DNA of 64,000 nt from Sediminibacterium sp. (lineage in GTDB: Bacteria > Bacteroidota > Bacteroidia > Chitinophagales > Chitinophagaceae), in NCBI GenBank assembly GCA_016786865.1, contig JAEUVE010000018.1:124947-188946 (forward strand), read 5' to 3'. Positions 45,777 through 55,020 of this stretch are shown piece after piece. The first letter of the stretch is position 1. Each line of letters opens with the position of its first letter. The notes beneath the pieces were generated by a model. It had not been told where the DNA came from, made no database searches, and was given only the letters and a program-made list of their open reading frames with translations. Position numbers and translations under genes: made by a program.

Positions 45777-46856
45777 TTATCCCATCCTGAAACCCAGGTA
45801 GTGGGTAAGTGTTTCGGGAAGTTTAGGGAGTTTTCTTCTTTCGATCAGGTAGGTGGAAAGTCCCGAAAGGTCTCTGTAAACATAATGCTTATTCAACGCA
45901 CCTTCGAGGTATCCGGCCCCTGAGGTATTGCCGGTTCCAACACGCATTCCAATCATTCTTCTGACCATGATCAGGTGCTTATGCCGCCAGTTGCTCATCA
46001 GGTGGTCTATCTCGATAAGCGCGTCTAGCAGCTGGTATGAGGTTTGAAATACCGGAAAATCTCTGTACAGCATGATGAAGAGGGCAGAGCGCATGGCGGC
46101 TGTGCTAAAGCTTCCTTTTAACGCAGCGAGAAGTTCGGGGTTGGCATGTTCGGGTTCTTCCCCGAAAAATACATAGTCGAAATCGGCCAGCTTACTTTTT
46201 TCCCTTTCGGTTAACCCATCCTCATAAATAGCTCTGTAAGCATTCCAGAAAGGATGATCCTGCCAGTTGGTACTGGAATGGTTGTTCCAGTAAGCAGGTT
46301 CGAAAAACGGCATCCGTTCCAGCCAGTCGTTCACCAGTTGTAAAAGATTTTTATCGTCTTCGGTGGTGTTGATCGTTTGATAATCCGGTTGGGTAAAGCC
46401 ACCTTCATTGGTTCTTTTGTAATAATCTTTTTGGTGCCGGTTGTCCATTTGCAGGCCCAGTTTGGCTTCTATCAAACGGAATTGTAAGCTCTGAAAGCCT
46501 GAGGAAGGGGTGAGCAGATTGCGGAAGGCCAGAAAGTCCATGGGTGTCATGGTATCCAGGATATTCACCTGTTGGTTCAGCAGTTCAAGTATTTTGATAA
46601 TTCTGCTGAACCGGTGGCGTACCAAATTCAGGTCTTCGGAATTGTCATTGATGGTTTCTTTCTCAAATACCCCCATGGCATAATCCAGTTCAAATAAAAT
46701 CTGTTTGAACCAAAGCTCATAAGCCTGATGAATTACAATAAAAAGCATTTCATCGTGTGCCGGTTCGTTGCCCTGCTGAAAACTTACGGGATGCTGACTC
46801 TGAAGAATTTTATCCAAATGCAGGTAACTGCCATAATACATAGCTGAATCTTTCAT
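45777..46856 (-). CDS. kynA: Tryptophan 2,3-dioxygenase (long form)
   Basis: YGSYLHLDKIL, HDEMLFIVIHQAYELWFKQI, F..FR..L...SGFQSLQFR, WRHKH..MV.RMIG...GTG..SG..YL. Start taken at ATG 46856; TATATTTG box at 46881-46874. Confidence 0.93.
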   Translation of the reverse strand: MKDSAMYYGSYLHLDKILQSQHPVSFQQGNEPAHDEMLFIVIHQAYELWFKQILFELDYAMGVFEKETINDNSEDLNLVRHRFSRIIKILELLNQQVNILDTMTPMDFLAFRNLLTPSSGFQSLQFRLIEAKLGLQMDNRHQKDYYKRTNEGGFTQPDYQTINTTEDDKNLLQLVNDWLERMPFFEPAYWNNHSSTNWQDHPFWNAYRAIYEDGLTEREKSKLADFDYVFFGEEPEHANPELLAALKGSFSTAAMRSALFIMLYRDFPVFQTSYQLLDALIEIDHLMSNWRHKHLIMVRRMIGMRVGTGNTSGAGYLEGALNKHYVYRDLSGLSTYLIERRKLPKLPETLTHYLGFRMG

Positions 46857-46914
46857 ACGCAATCGTTGTGGAACAAATATAAGGGGAAGCTGAGTGAAAG
46901 CAGATTCGCTTATT

Positions 46915-46947
46915 TTGATTAAATTGTAGCTAAACCAATTTAATCAA
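46915..46947. promoter_or_regulatory. Perfect 12-bp inverted repeat (candidate operator) between divergent kynA and GH13 genes
   Basis: TTGATTAAATTG-N9-CAATTTAATCAA, ending 6 nt before the GH13 ATG. Confidence 0.45.
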
Positions 46948-46953
46948 TTCATT

Positions 46954-48318
46954 ATGAAGCAGTTTTTTGCAAAAAATTTATTGATATTTTTTTGCAGCAT
47001 TGTGTTGCATCAGGTACAGGGCCAAGAACCTGCGAAGCAAGCTGTTGCTGCGGCTCATCCCAACTGGTCTTTGCAATCAAATATATATGAGGTGAATATC
47101 CGCCAGTATACACAGGAAGGAACCTTCAACGCTTTTGCCGCACATATCGACCGGTTGAAGGAAATGGGTGTGCATACCTTATGGTTCATGCCCATCAATC
47201 CCATCAGCAAAGTGGATCGCAAAGGCAGTTTGGGCAGCTATTATGCAGTATCGGACTATACAGCAGTAAATCCGGAGTTTGGTACCATGCAGGATTTTCA
47301 GCGGCTTGTACAACAAATTCACGGGAAGGGCATGAAAGTGCTGATAGACTGGGTACCCAACCATACAGGTGCAGATCATCGCTGGTTAACCGAGCAGCCC
47401 GGTTTTTTTGTGAAAGACAGCAGCGGCAAAGCGGCCATGGCCAAGGATTGGTCGGATACCCGTCAGCTGGATTATGCCAATCCGGTTATGCGAGACAGTA
47501 TGATAGCTGCCATGAAATACTGGATCCAGCGGGCAGATATCGATGGCTTTCGTTGTGATGTTGCCTGGAATGTTCCCGGAGATTTCTGGAAGGATTGTAT
47601 ATCGCAACTGCGAAAAGAGAAGCCGGTCTTTATGCTGGCCGAAGGAGAAGATGGTTATCTCCCGGAAAATGGCTTTGATGCAGTATATCCATGGAGGGCC
47701 TTTCACGTACTGGTAGATATTGCTGCAGGTAAAAAAAATGCGTTGGCACTGGATACAGTTCAACGACTGATGGATTCCATTTATCCTGCCAATACCATGC
47801 TTTTGCATTTTACCAGCAATCACGACGAAAACAGCTGGAACAAGGCCGATTATGCCACTATGCCGGGAGCAAGTCATCAGCCCTTTGCCGTATTAACGCA
47901 AACACTTCCCGGCAGTATTCCGCTGGTCTACAGCGGACAGGAAGAACCGGTGTTAAAGCCCATTGCTTTCTTTGAGAAAGATCCGATTGAATTTGGCCAA
48001 TACAAACGAGCGCCCCTGTACAATAAGCTGTTGCATTTGCGTTCTGGCAATCAGGCGCTCGCAGCCCAGGTTCCGATGCAAAAAATCCGGACAGGTAATG
48101 ATGAGGCGATCTATGCTTTCTATCGTAAGTCTGGTAATCAGTTTGTGTATGTTCTGGTAAACCTTACGGGTAAGCAACAGGCATACAATATTGATCACGC
48201 CAGTCTGCGCAACCTGTCCGGACTGTCGGCCAAAGAAATGTTCTCCGGAAAAAAATATGCAGCAGTGCCCTCTGGTAAGGGCATATTAAAGCCATGGGAG
48301 AGCAGGGTCTATTTTTAA
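46954..48318 (+). CDS. Secreted GH13 alpha-amylase-family glycoside hydrolase
   Basis: Signal peptide; IYEVNIRQY, LWFMPI, DWVPNHT, DGFRCDVA (nucleophile), LAEGE (acid/base), SNHDEN. Confidence 0.92.
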   Translation: MKQFFAKNLLIFFCSIVLHQVQGQEPAKQAVAAAHPNWSLQSNIYEVNIRQYTQEGTFNAFAAHIDRLKEMGVHTLWFMPINPISKVDRKGSLGSYYAVSDYTAVNPEFGTMQDFQRLVQQIHGKGMKVLIDWVPNHTGADHRWLTEQPGFFVKDSSGKAAMAKDWSDTRQLDYANPVMRDSMIAAMKYWIQRADIDGFRCDVAWNVPGDFWKDCISQLRKEKPVFMLAEGEDGYLPENGFDAVYPWRAFHVLVDIAAGKKNALALDTVQRLMDSIYPANTMLLHFTSNHDENSWNKADYATMPGASHQPFAVLTQTLPGSIPLVYSGQEEPVLKPIAFFEKDPIEFGQYKRAPLYNKLLHLRSGNQALAAQVPMQKIRTGNDEAIYAFYRKSGNQFVYVLVNLTGKQQAYNIDHASLRNLSGLSAKEMFSGKKYAAVPSGKGILKPWESRVYF

Positions 48319-48335
48319 TTCATTAATTTTACATC

Positions 48336-49190
48336 ATGACCCGTCAGGAACTTGTTAACCATATTCAACAGAAGCAATCTTACCTCTGCGTGGGATTGGA
48401 TACCGATATCACCAAACTCCCCAAACACCTTCGGGGAAGGCCGGATGCAGTGGTTGCTTTCAATAAAGCCATCATCGATGCCACCAGCGCTTATTGTGTA
48501 AGTTATAAAATCAATACCGCGTTCTATGAATCGCAGGGAATAAAGGGCTGGGAAGCCATGCAGGAAACGCTTGCATACATTCCCGATACCCATTTTACCA
48601 TTGCAGATGCCAAGAGAGGCGATATCGGCAATACATCTGCGCAGTACGCCAAAACCTTTTTTGAAGTACTTCCATTCGATGCCATCACTGTTGCTCCATA
48701 CATGGGAGAAGACAGTGTAAGGCCTTTTCTGGAATATGAAAATAAGTGGACCATTGTACTGGGATTAACTTCCAATACAGGCAGCAACGACTTTCAGCAA
48801 CTGCTCTTATCCAGATACGATGAAGCCATGTCGATGGTGCCTCATATTACCCAGGGAACACTGGAGAAATGTTTGTACGAACATGTACTCGAAACCGTTT
48901 CCGGATGGGGAACACCAGACAACTTAATGTTTGTGGTAGGCGCCACCCGTGAAGAGGAAATGGAAAATATCCGCAGAATTATTCCGGAACACTTTTTGCT
49001 GGTACCTGGTGTAGGTGCACAGGGAGGTAGCCTGGAAGATATTTCCAGGCTTGGATTAAACAAAGATGCAGGACTGCTGGTGAATGCCAGTCGTGCCATC
49101 ATTTTTGCAGGTGGTGAGGAGGATTTTGCAGAAAAAGCAGCAATGGCTGCCTCTGCCTATCGCGACGAAATGAAACAATATTTAAAATAA
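48336..49190 (+). CDS. pyrF: Orotidine-5'-phosphate decarboxylase
   Basis: LCVGLD, YKINTAFYE, DAKRGDIGNT, LTSN, MFVVGAT, LVPGVGAQGG, VNASR. Confidence 0.95.
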   Translation: MTRQELVNHIQQKQSYLCVGLDTDITKLPKHLRGRPDAVVAFNKAIIDATSAYCVSYKINTAFYESQGIKGWEAMQETLAYIPDTHFTIADAKRGDIGNTSAQYAKTFFEVLPFDAITVAPYMGEDSVRPFLEYENKWTIVLGLTSNTGSNDFQQLLLSRYDEAMSMVPHITQGTLEKCLYEHVLETVSGWGTPDNLMFVVGATREEEMENIRRIIPEHFLLVPGVGAQGGSLEDISRLGLNKDAGLLVNASRAIIFAGGEEDFAEKAAMAASAYRDEMKQYLK

Positions 49191-49195
49191 CAGCA

Positions 49196-49915
49196 ATGAA
49201 AAATATTAAAATATCCATCCTTTCGCTTGCAGTGGTCGCAGGAACAATGGCGACCAGCTGTGAAACAGTTAAGAATACGAGTAATAAAAATAAAGGCATT
49301 GCTATTGGGGCTGCTGGTGGTGCGGTAGTTGGAGGTATTATTGGCAATAATGTGGGTAACAAAAATAATTCTGCATTGGGTGCTATACTTGGAGCTGCGG
49401 TAGGTGGTGTGGCAGGAGGCATCATCGGTAACAAAATGGATAAGCAGGCAGCAGCAATTCAAAAGGAAGTACCTGGTGCTACTGTTACCAGGGAAGGAGA
49501 AGGCATCAACGTAACATTTGACGAGAATAATCCCGATGGGTCCAAGGCGGGTCTCTACTTTGAAACAGGCAAGTACAATATCAACGCTAATGCCCAGCTT
49601 ACCCTGAACAAGTTTCAGAAAATTTTTGCCGAATATCCGGATACGGATATCCTGATCGAAGGACATACCGATGATGTTGGTTCCGATGCATCCAATCTCT
49701 TATTGTCTGAACGAAGGGCCACTGCTGTAAGCAATGCATTAAAAGCAGCCGGTGTTGCGGCGTCGAGGATTACCACTAAATGGTATGGTGAGTCTCAGCC
49801 CAAGGTAGACAATACCAGTGCAGAGAACAGGGCACTGAACAGAAGGGTTCAGATTGTTATTACTGCCAACGAAAAGATGAAGGCGGATGCTAAAAAAGAA
49901 GCGCAGAAAGGCTAG
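49196..49915 (+). CDS. OmpA-family lipoprotein with glycine-zipper region
   Basis: Lipobox ATS|C, Gly-zipper GAAGGAVVGGIIG, OmpA domain IEGHTDD.G, N..LS.RRA, GESQP, NRRV. Confidence 0.92.
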   Translation: MKNIKISILSLAVVAGTMATSCETVKNTSNKNKGIAIGAAGGAVVGGIIGNNVGNKNNSALGAILGAAVGGVAGGIIGNKMDKQAAAIQKEVPGATVTREGEGINVTFDENNPDGSKAGLYFETGKYNINANAQLTLNKFQKIFAEYPDTDILIEGHTDDVGSDASNLLLSERRATAVSNALKAAGVAASRITTKWYGESQPKVDNTSAENRALNRRVQIVITANEKMKADAKKEAQKG

Positions 49916-49919
49916 TGTT

Positions 49920-50525
49920 TTATAGCTGTGCCATCATGATTTCCGCAACCCGTTCTGCCCAGATCGCATGGATCATTCCTGAATAATGCAATAAATCCGG
50001 GCTCATGGCCTGCAGATTATTTTTGTAGGTTCTGGTTTCGTCGGTGATGTTCACAAAATGAACTTTATTCTTCTTTGCCTCATTGGAACAACATTTATTA
50101 AATGCGTCAATCTCTTCGCGGATCGCAGCTGGATCTCTGTCTTTGGCAAAAGGCGTGCATCCCCAGTCGGGTATCGATAGTAAGATAACCCGCTCAGGCT
50201 TCAGACCACTGAAATGAAGGGCTTTGTGCAGCAGGAATTCCAGGTCGGTTCTAAAATCCTTTTGCGTCAGCCCCCTGTACTGATTGTTTACACCAATCAG
50301 CAGCGAAACAAAATCATACTGCTCATTCAGCTCTGTGTGCAGCAAATGTTCTGCCAGTTCAAAACTGGTCCATCCTGTTTTTGCAACAATCTCAGGCGCA
50401 TGAAAATGCAGCTTCTGCTTCCGAAGCAATTGTACTGTCTGATAAGGGAAGCTTTCATGCAGCGGAACAGATTCCCCGATGGTATAGGAGTCGCCCAATG
50501 CCAGATAACTGTTGTGGTGTACCAT
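49920..50525 (-). CDS. SGNH/GDSL hydrolase
   Basis: LALGDSYTIG, AKTGWT, LIGVNNQY, DLLHYS. Confidence 0.9.
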   Translation of the reverse strand: MVHHNSYLALGDSYTIGESVPLHESFPYQTVQLLRKQKLHFHAPEIVAKTGWTSFELAEHLLHTELNEQYDFVSLLIGVNNQYRGLTQKDFRTDLEFLLHKALHFSGLKPERVILLSIPDWGCTPFAKDRDPAAIREEIDAFNKCCSNEAKKNKVHFVNITDETRTYKNNLQAMSPDLLHYSGMIHAIWAERVAEIMMAQL

Positions 50526-50527
50526 GG

Positions 50528-51793
50528 CTAAAAATTGTTTTTGAGTATTTCATAAAAACGATACACATCTTCAAAACTACAGTAGAGTGGAGCAGGGGCA
50601 ACCCTGATCACTCCGGGTTCCCTGTAATCTACAATAATTCCGCTGTCCATCATTTTATTGTGTATGGCTTTGCCCTGGCTGGTGAAAAACAGCGACAGCT
50701 GCGCACCTCTTTGCCCGGGATCTTCCGGGGTAATGATCTCAAAAGAGATATTGGTGAGTTGCTTCAGCAAGAATTCCAGGTAAGCTGTTAGTGCAATACT
50801 TTTTTTTCTGATTGCTGTTATTCCTGCCTGGTCAAACAGTTCCAGAGAGGCTTTCAGTGCAACGGTATTGAAAACCTGTGCTGTACTCAGGTTCCAGCCG
50901 CCGGCATTGGCTTTAGGAACAAAGCCTTTTTCCATTTTGAATCGCTCCTTCTCTTCATTTCCCCACCAGCCCCCTAATCGGGGAGTATTGATATTTGCCG
51001 CATGTTGTGCATGAATAAATACTCCTCCCACCGCACCGGGGCCGGCATTCAGGTATTTGTAGCTGCACCACACCGCAAAATCCACATTCCATCCGTGCAG
51101 TTGCAGTGGAATATTCCCTGTTACATGAGCCAGATCAAATCCTGCTAAAGCACCCGCTTCGTGTGCTTTTTGGGTGATGGCTGCCAGATCAAAAAACTGT
51201 CCTGTATAGTAATTGATGCCACCAAACAAAACCAGTGCAAGTTCATTGCGGTGCCGATCGATCGTATTCAGAATATCTTCCGTGCGCAGGGTTTTTTCTC
51301 CGCTTCGGGGAGCTACTTCCACAATGACCTCCTCCGGCTGGCGGCCGTAATGCCGTGCAATGGTTTCTATGGCATACTGATCGGAGGGAAAAGCACCGGC
51401 TTCCATGATGATTTTATAGCGGTTTTCTGTTGGGTGGTAAAAACTCAGCAGCATCAGGTGCAGGTTTACAGTCAGGCCATTCATGACCGTTATTTCTTCC
51501 GTACTTGCACCAACCAGGTTGGCCAGGGAAGCGCCTACATAATCCTGGTAAAACAACCAGGGATTGGTTCCGCCAAAATAACCACCTACTGCTTTTTCGC
51601 GCCAGGTGTCGAGTTCTGTCCGAATGGCTTTTTCTACGTGGATGGGTTGCAGGCCAAGCGAATTGCCGCAAAAATAAATGGCATTGCTGCCGTTGTGCTG
51701 CGGAAAATAAAACCATTCCTTAAAATGTTTCAGCGGATCTGCAGCATCGGCTTTTTGGGCAAAATCAATTCCGGTCTCAAAGTTCAACAACAT
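50528..51793 (-). CDS. kynU: Kynureninase
   Basis: IYFCGNSLGLQP, LTVNLH, FPSDQY, GFDLAH..GN, WCSYKYLNAGPG (PLP Lys), RGAQLS, R.AP.PLY. Confidence 0.95.
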   Translation of the reverse strand: MLLNFETGIDFAQKADAADPLKHFKEWFYFPQHNGSNAIYFCGNSLGLQPIHVEKAIRTELDTWREKAVGGYFGGTNPWLFYQDYVGASLANLVGASTEEITVMNGLTVNLHLMLLSFYHPTENRYKIIMEAGAFPSDQYAIETIARHYGRQPEEVIVEVAPRSGEKTLRTEDILNTIDRHRNELALVLFGGINYYTGQFFDLAAITQKAHEAGALAGFDLAHVTGNIPLQLHGWNVDFAVWCSYKYLNAGPGAVGGVFIHAQHAANINTPRLGGWWGNEEKERFKMEKGFVPKANAGGWNLSTAQVFNTVALKASLELFDQAGITAIRKKSIALTAYLEFLLKQLTNISFEIITPEDPGQRGAQLSLFFTSQGKAIHNKMMDSGIIVDYREPGVIRVAPAPLYCSFEDVYRFYEILKNNF

Positions 51794-51830
51794 ACAATCG
51801 AATAATAGGTTGAAAAATCAGGGTGGCTGG

Positions 51831-52265
51831 TTATTGTTTTTCTGGTTTAACGGGCAAGCCAGGCAGAAAACTACCTTCCGGTGCAGTGTACCAGGGTTGG
51901 ATGATATAGTTTAATCTCCCCGCTTTGATGGCTGGATCGGTTTTAAGCAGTGCTTCTACCTCTTTTTGATCTTTGCAATCAAAAATAAAAATGCCCTGCC
52001 ATTCATCATCGCCCTCAAAAGGGCCGGCAACTTTTAGTTTTCCGGCATTGTACAGCACACTCATATTAGATAAATGCCCTCTCATAATGATCGCGGCCGC
52101 GGCTGAATCCTGACCCCGGTTAGGTCCCTTTGTGAGCAACACAAAATAATATTTGCGAATGTTCATTTCATTCGATGACTTGCCAGGCCCGGATGAAACA
52201 GCTTTTTGTGCTATGCCGGGTATAACTGGCATAAGGCATACAAGCAGCATGAATACAGCACGCAT
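51831..52265 (-). CDS. Secreted YciI-family protein
   Basis: Signal peptide; YYFVLL.KGP, GHLSNM, AGPF, GIFIF, DPAIKAGRL. Start taken at ATG 52265. Confidence 0.8.
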   Translation of the reverse strand: MRAVFMLLVCLMPVIPGIAQKAVSSGPGKSSNEMNIRKYYFVLLTKGPNRGQDSAAAAIIMRGHLSNMSVLYNAGKLKVAGPFEGDDEWQGIFIFDCKDQKEVEALLKTDPAIKAGRLNYIIQPWYTAPEGSFLPGLPVKPEKQ

Positions 52266-52395
52266 ATCTAATTTTTGTACAATGTAAGAATATCTCCATT
52301 TATATGCAAGCGCTTCAACAAAGAACAAGATATTTGACAAAAGGGTGGGTAGTAAACGGGTTATCAAGTATTTTCAACCTTCCAAAACCAATTTT

Positions 52396-54867
52396 ATGAG
52401 ATTGATCTGTTTTTTATTGATCCTGATACTCAGTAATACGGCGCAAGCCCAGCAAACCCCGCTCACCCGGGCTAATTATGCGTTGGCAGCCCGTTTTTCT
52501 CCCAAGAAACTGGAGAAAATGATTTTTAGTCTGAATGTAGATCCGCACTGGCTCAAGAAATCAGACCGCTTCTGGTATGTGTACGAAACCACAGAAGGTA
52601 AAAAATGGTATATAGCCGATGCACAGAAAGGAGAAAAGAAACTCCTCTTTAATCATGCAGAGCTTGCTGCCAGGCTTACCCGTATCACCGATGATCCGAT
52701 GGATGCCCAGCACCTCAATATCGACAGTTTGCGTTTTGTGAAGGATGAAAGCTGGATACAGTTCGAGGTAAAGAGTACCAAAGAAATTGAGAAGAAAGAC
52801 AGTACGGCAAAAAAAGGTGCAGCACCGGTAAAAGAGAAAAAAGTATTTTATTTTGAATACAATATTCTCAGCGGTGAACTGATTGAACTAACCGATTTTA
52901 AAAAGCCCAAACGCAAACCATCCTGGGCCAATATTTCTCCGGATGGAAATATCATTCTGTTTGGCAGAAACAACAACCTATACCAGATGGACCGGGCCAA
53001 TTACGAAAAAGCCCTGAAAAATGAAGACGACAGTACCATTGTGGAAACTGCTCTTACTACGGATGGTGTGGAATACTTCAGTTACCACGGTGACGGCTTT
53101 GGTGAAACCAATGTAGATAAGGAGAAAAATAAAAAGAAGCGCAAGCCTGTATTCCTGCTTTGGTCGCCCGATTCAAAATATTTTGTGCTGAATCGCAGCG
53201 ACAACCGGAAAGTAAAGGATCTCTGGGTCATCAACAGCATTGCAGAACCGCGTCCAACACTGGAAACCTATAAGTACCAGATGCCTGGTGAAAAAGAGAA
53301 TCCCATAGAACATATTTTATTGTTTGATGCCAACACCAAAACCAGCCGTGAAATCGCCGCAGGTGCGTTCAAAGACCAGGATGTGAATATTTTCAGCGCT
53401 CCTCAGAAAGCCAGCAGCAGGGATGATGATTTTCGTCCGCAGGTCTGGCTGGGTACCGCAGACCGATTCTATTTCAGCAGAACCAGCCGTGATCTGAAGC
53501 GCATCGATATAGCGCTGGTGGATGTTAAAACAGCGGCAGTAAAAACCCTGATCGAAGAGCGGCTGAATACCTATGTGGAAATTCGCAGACCAGGATTGGT
53601 AAATGGGGGTAAGGAATTGATTCAGTGGAGCGAAGACGATGGATGGGGACATTTTTATTTGTACGATGAAAACGGGAAGCTTAAAAATCAAATTACCTCA
53701 GGCCCATGGCATTGCGAAGATATCCTGGGAATTGATGAAAAAAACAGGGTATTGTATTTCTCGGCCAACGGAAGGGAAAGCAATGAAGATCCATATTACC
53801 TGCATGCCTATCGCATTAACTTCGACGGAACAGGTCTGAAACTCCTGAATCCCGGCGATTTTGATCATGCAGCATCCATCGACGACAACAACCGGTATAT
53901 CGTTAATAATTTCTCTCGTGTTAATACCGTGCCCAAGTCGGTATTGCTGGGTACAGACGGCAGAAAAATCATGGATCTGGAAACGGCCGACCTCAGCAGC
54001 CTGATGGCAGCCGGATATCAATTCCCGCAGCCTTTTAAGGCAAAGGCCGACGACGGTATCACCGATATTTATGGTGTAATGTATAAGCCCTTCGATTTCG
54101 ACAGTACCAAAAAATATCCGATTGTAGAATATGTATATCCCGGTCCGCAAACAGAAGCGGTGAATAAATCTTTCAGCAAGGGGATGGATCGGACAGATCG
54201 TCTGGCGCAACTTGGCATGGTTGTGATTACGCTTGGCAACAGGGGCGGGCATCCTGCCAGAAGCAAGTGGTACCACAACTACGGTTATGGTAATCTCCGG
54301 GATTATGGTCTGGCCGATAAAAAAGCCGTTGCGGAACAACTGGCCGACAGGTATCGTTTCCTCGACATCAACCGCGTGGGCATCCACGGCCATTCCGGCG
54401 GAGGCTTCATGAGTACGGCCGCCATGCTGGTTTATCCGGATTTCTTTAAGGTGGCCGTTTCTTCTGCAGGCAACCACGATAATTCGGTATACAATCGTTG
54501 GTGGAGCGAAAAGCACCATGGGGTGAAGGAAATTATTAGTGAAAAAAATGATACCAGCTTTGCTTACAGCATCGATAAGAATCCGGAGCTGGCCAGAAAT
54601 CTGAAGGGTAGGTTGCTCCTGTCGCATGGTGAAATCGATAACAATGTGCATCCGGCCAATACCATGCGGGTGGTGAATGCGCTGATCAAAGCCAACAAGC
54701 GTTTTGATATGATTATTCTGCCAACCCAGCGCCACGGCTTTGGCGACATGACCGAATATTTCTTCTGGAAAATGAGCGATTATTTTTCTCGCTACCTCAT
54801 TGGAGATAGTTCCGAACGTCCGGTAGATATGGAAGAAATGAACCGGGAAATCGAAAAGAAAAAGTAA
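52396..54867 (+). CDS. Secreted dipeptidyl-peptidase IV-like S9B peptidase
   Basis: Signal peptide; DPP IV N-terminal propeller (WSPDS, GWGHFYLY); GIHGHSGGG nucleophile, HGEIDNNVH, QRHG. Start taken at ATG 52396. Confidence 0.92.
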   Translation: MRLICFLLILILSNTAQAQQTPLTRANYALAARFSPKKLEKMIFSLNVDPHWLKKSDRFWYVYETTEGKKWYIADAQKGEKKLLFNHAELAARLTRITDDPMDAQHLNIDSLRFVKDESWIQFEVKSTKEIEKKDSTAKKGAAPVKEKKVFYFEYNILSGELIELTDFKKPKRKPSWANISPDGNIILFGRNNNLYQMDRANYEKALKNEDDSTIVETALTTDGVEYFSYHGDGFGETNVDKEKNKKKRKPVFLLWSPDSKYFVLNRSDNRKVKDLWVINSIAEPRPTLETYKYQMPGEKENPIEHILLFDANTKTSREIAAGAFKDQDVNIFSAPQKASSRDDDFRPQVWLGTADRFYFSRTSRDLKRIDIALVDVKTAAVKTLIEERLNTYVEIRRPGLVNGGKELIQWSEDDGWGHFYLYDENGKLKNQITSGPWHCEDILGIDEKNRVLYFSANGRESNEDPYYLHAYRINFDGTGLKLLNPGDFDHAASIDDNNRYIVNNFSRVNTVPKSVLLGTDGRKIMDLETADLSSLMAAGYQFPQPFKAKADDGITDIYGVMYKPFDFDSTKKYPIVEYVYPGPQTEAVNKSFSKGMDRTDRLAQLGMVVITLGNRGGHPARSKWYHNYGYGNLRDYGLADKKAVAEQLADRYRFLDINRVGIHGHSGGGFMSTAAMLVYPDFFKVAVSSAGNHDNSVYNRWWSEKHHGVKEIISEKNDTSFAYSIDKNPELARNLKGRLLLSHGEIDNNVHPANTMRVVNALIKANKRFDMIILPTQRHGFGDMTEYFFWKMSDYFSRYLIGDSSERPVDMEEMNREIEKKK

Positions 54868-54884
54868 ATAAATTTATAATATAT

Positions 54885-54924
54885 AAATCCCTGTTCACAC
54901 ATTGAGCAGGGATTTTATTTTTTT
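54885..54924 (+). terminator. Intrinsic terminator after the S9 peptidase
   Basis: AAATCCCTGTTC / GAGCAGGGATTT stem followed by a T-rich tract. Confidence 0.8.
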
Positions 54925-55020
54925 AATCCATTCGGGTACAAAAATCTTCTACAAAACACCTGCCGTAAGCTACATACCCGTAATTTTGCGGCCAAGATTT
55001 TAAACCTAAAACAACGAGTA

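Noticed and set aside
48790-48870. Short apparent insertion in PyrF (SRYDEAMSMVPHITQGT)
   Set aside because: Falls in what appears to be a variable loop, and I cannot confirm it is unusual without an alignment.
53698-54735. 345-aa minus-strand ORF antisense to the S9 peptidase
   Set aside because: Shadow ORF with no protein-family signal. The same applies to 58002-58895, 31906-32559, 39730-40398 and the other short overlapping track ORFs.
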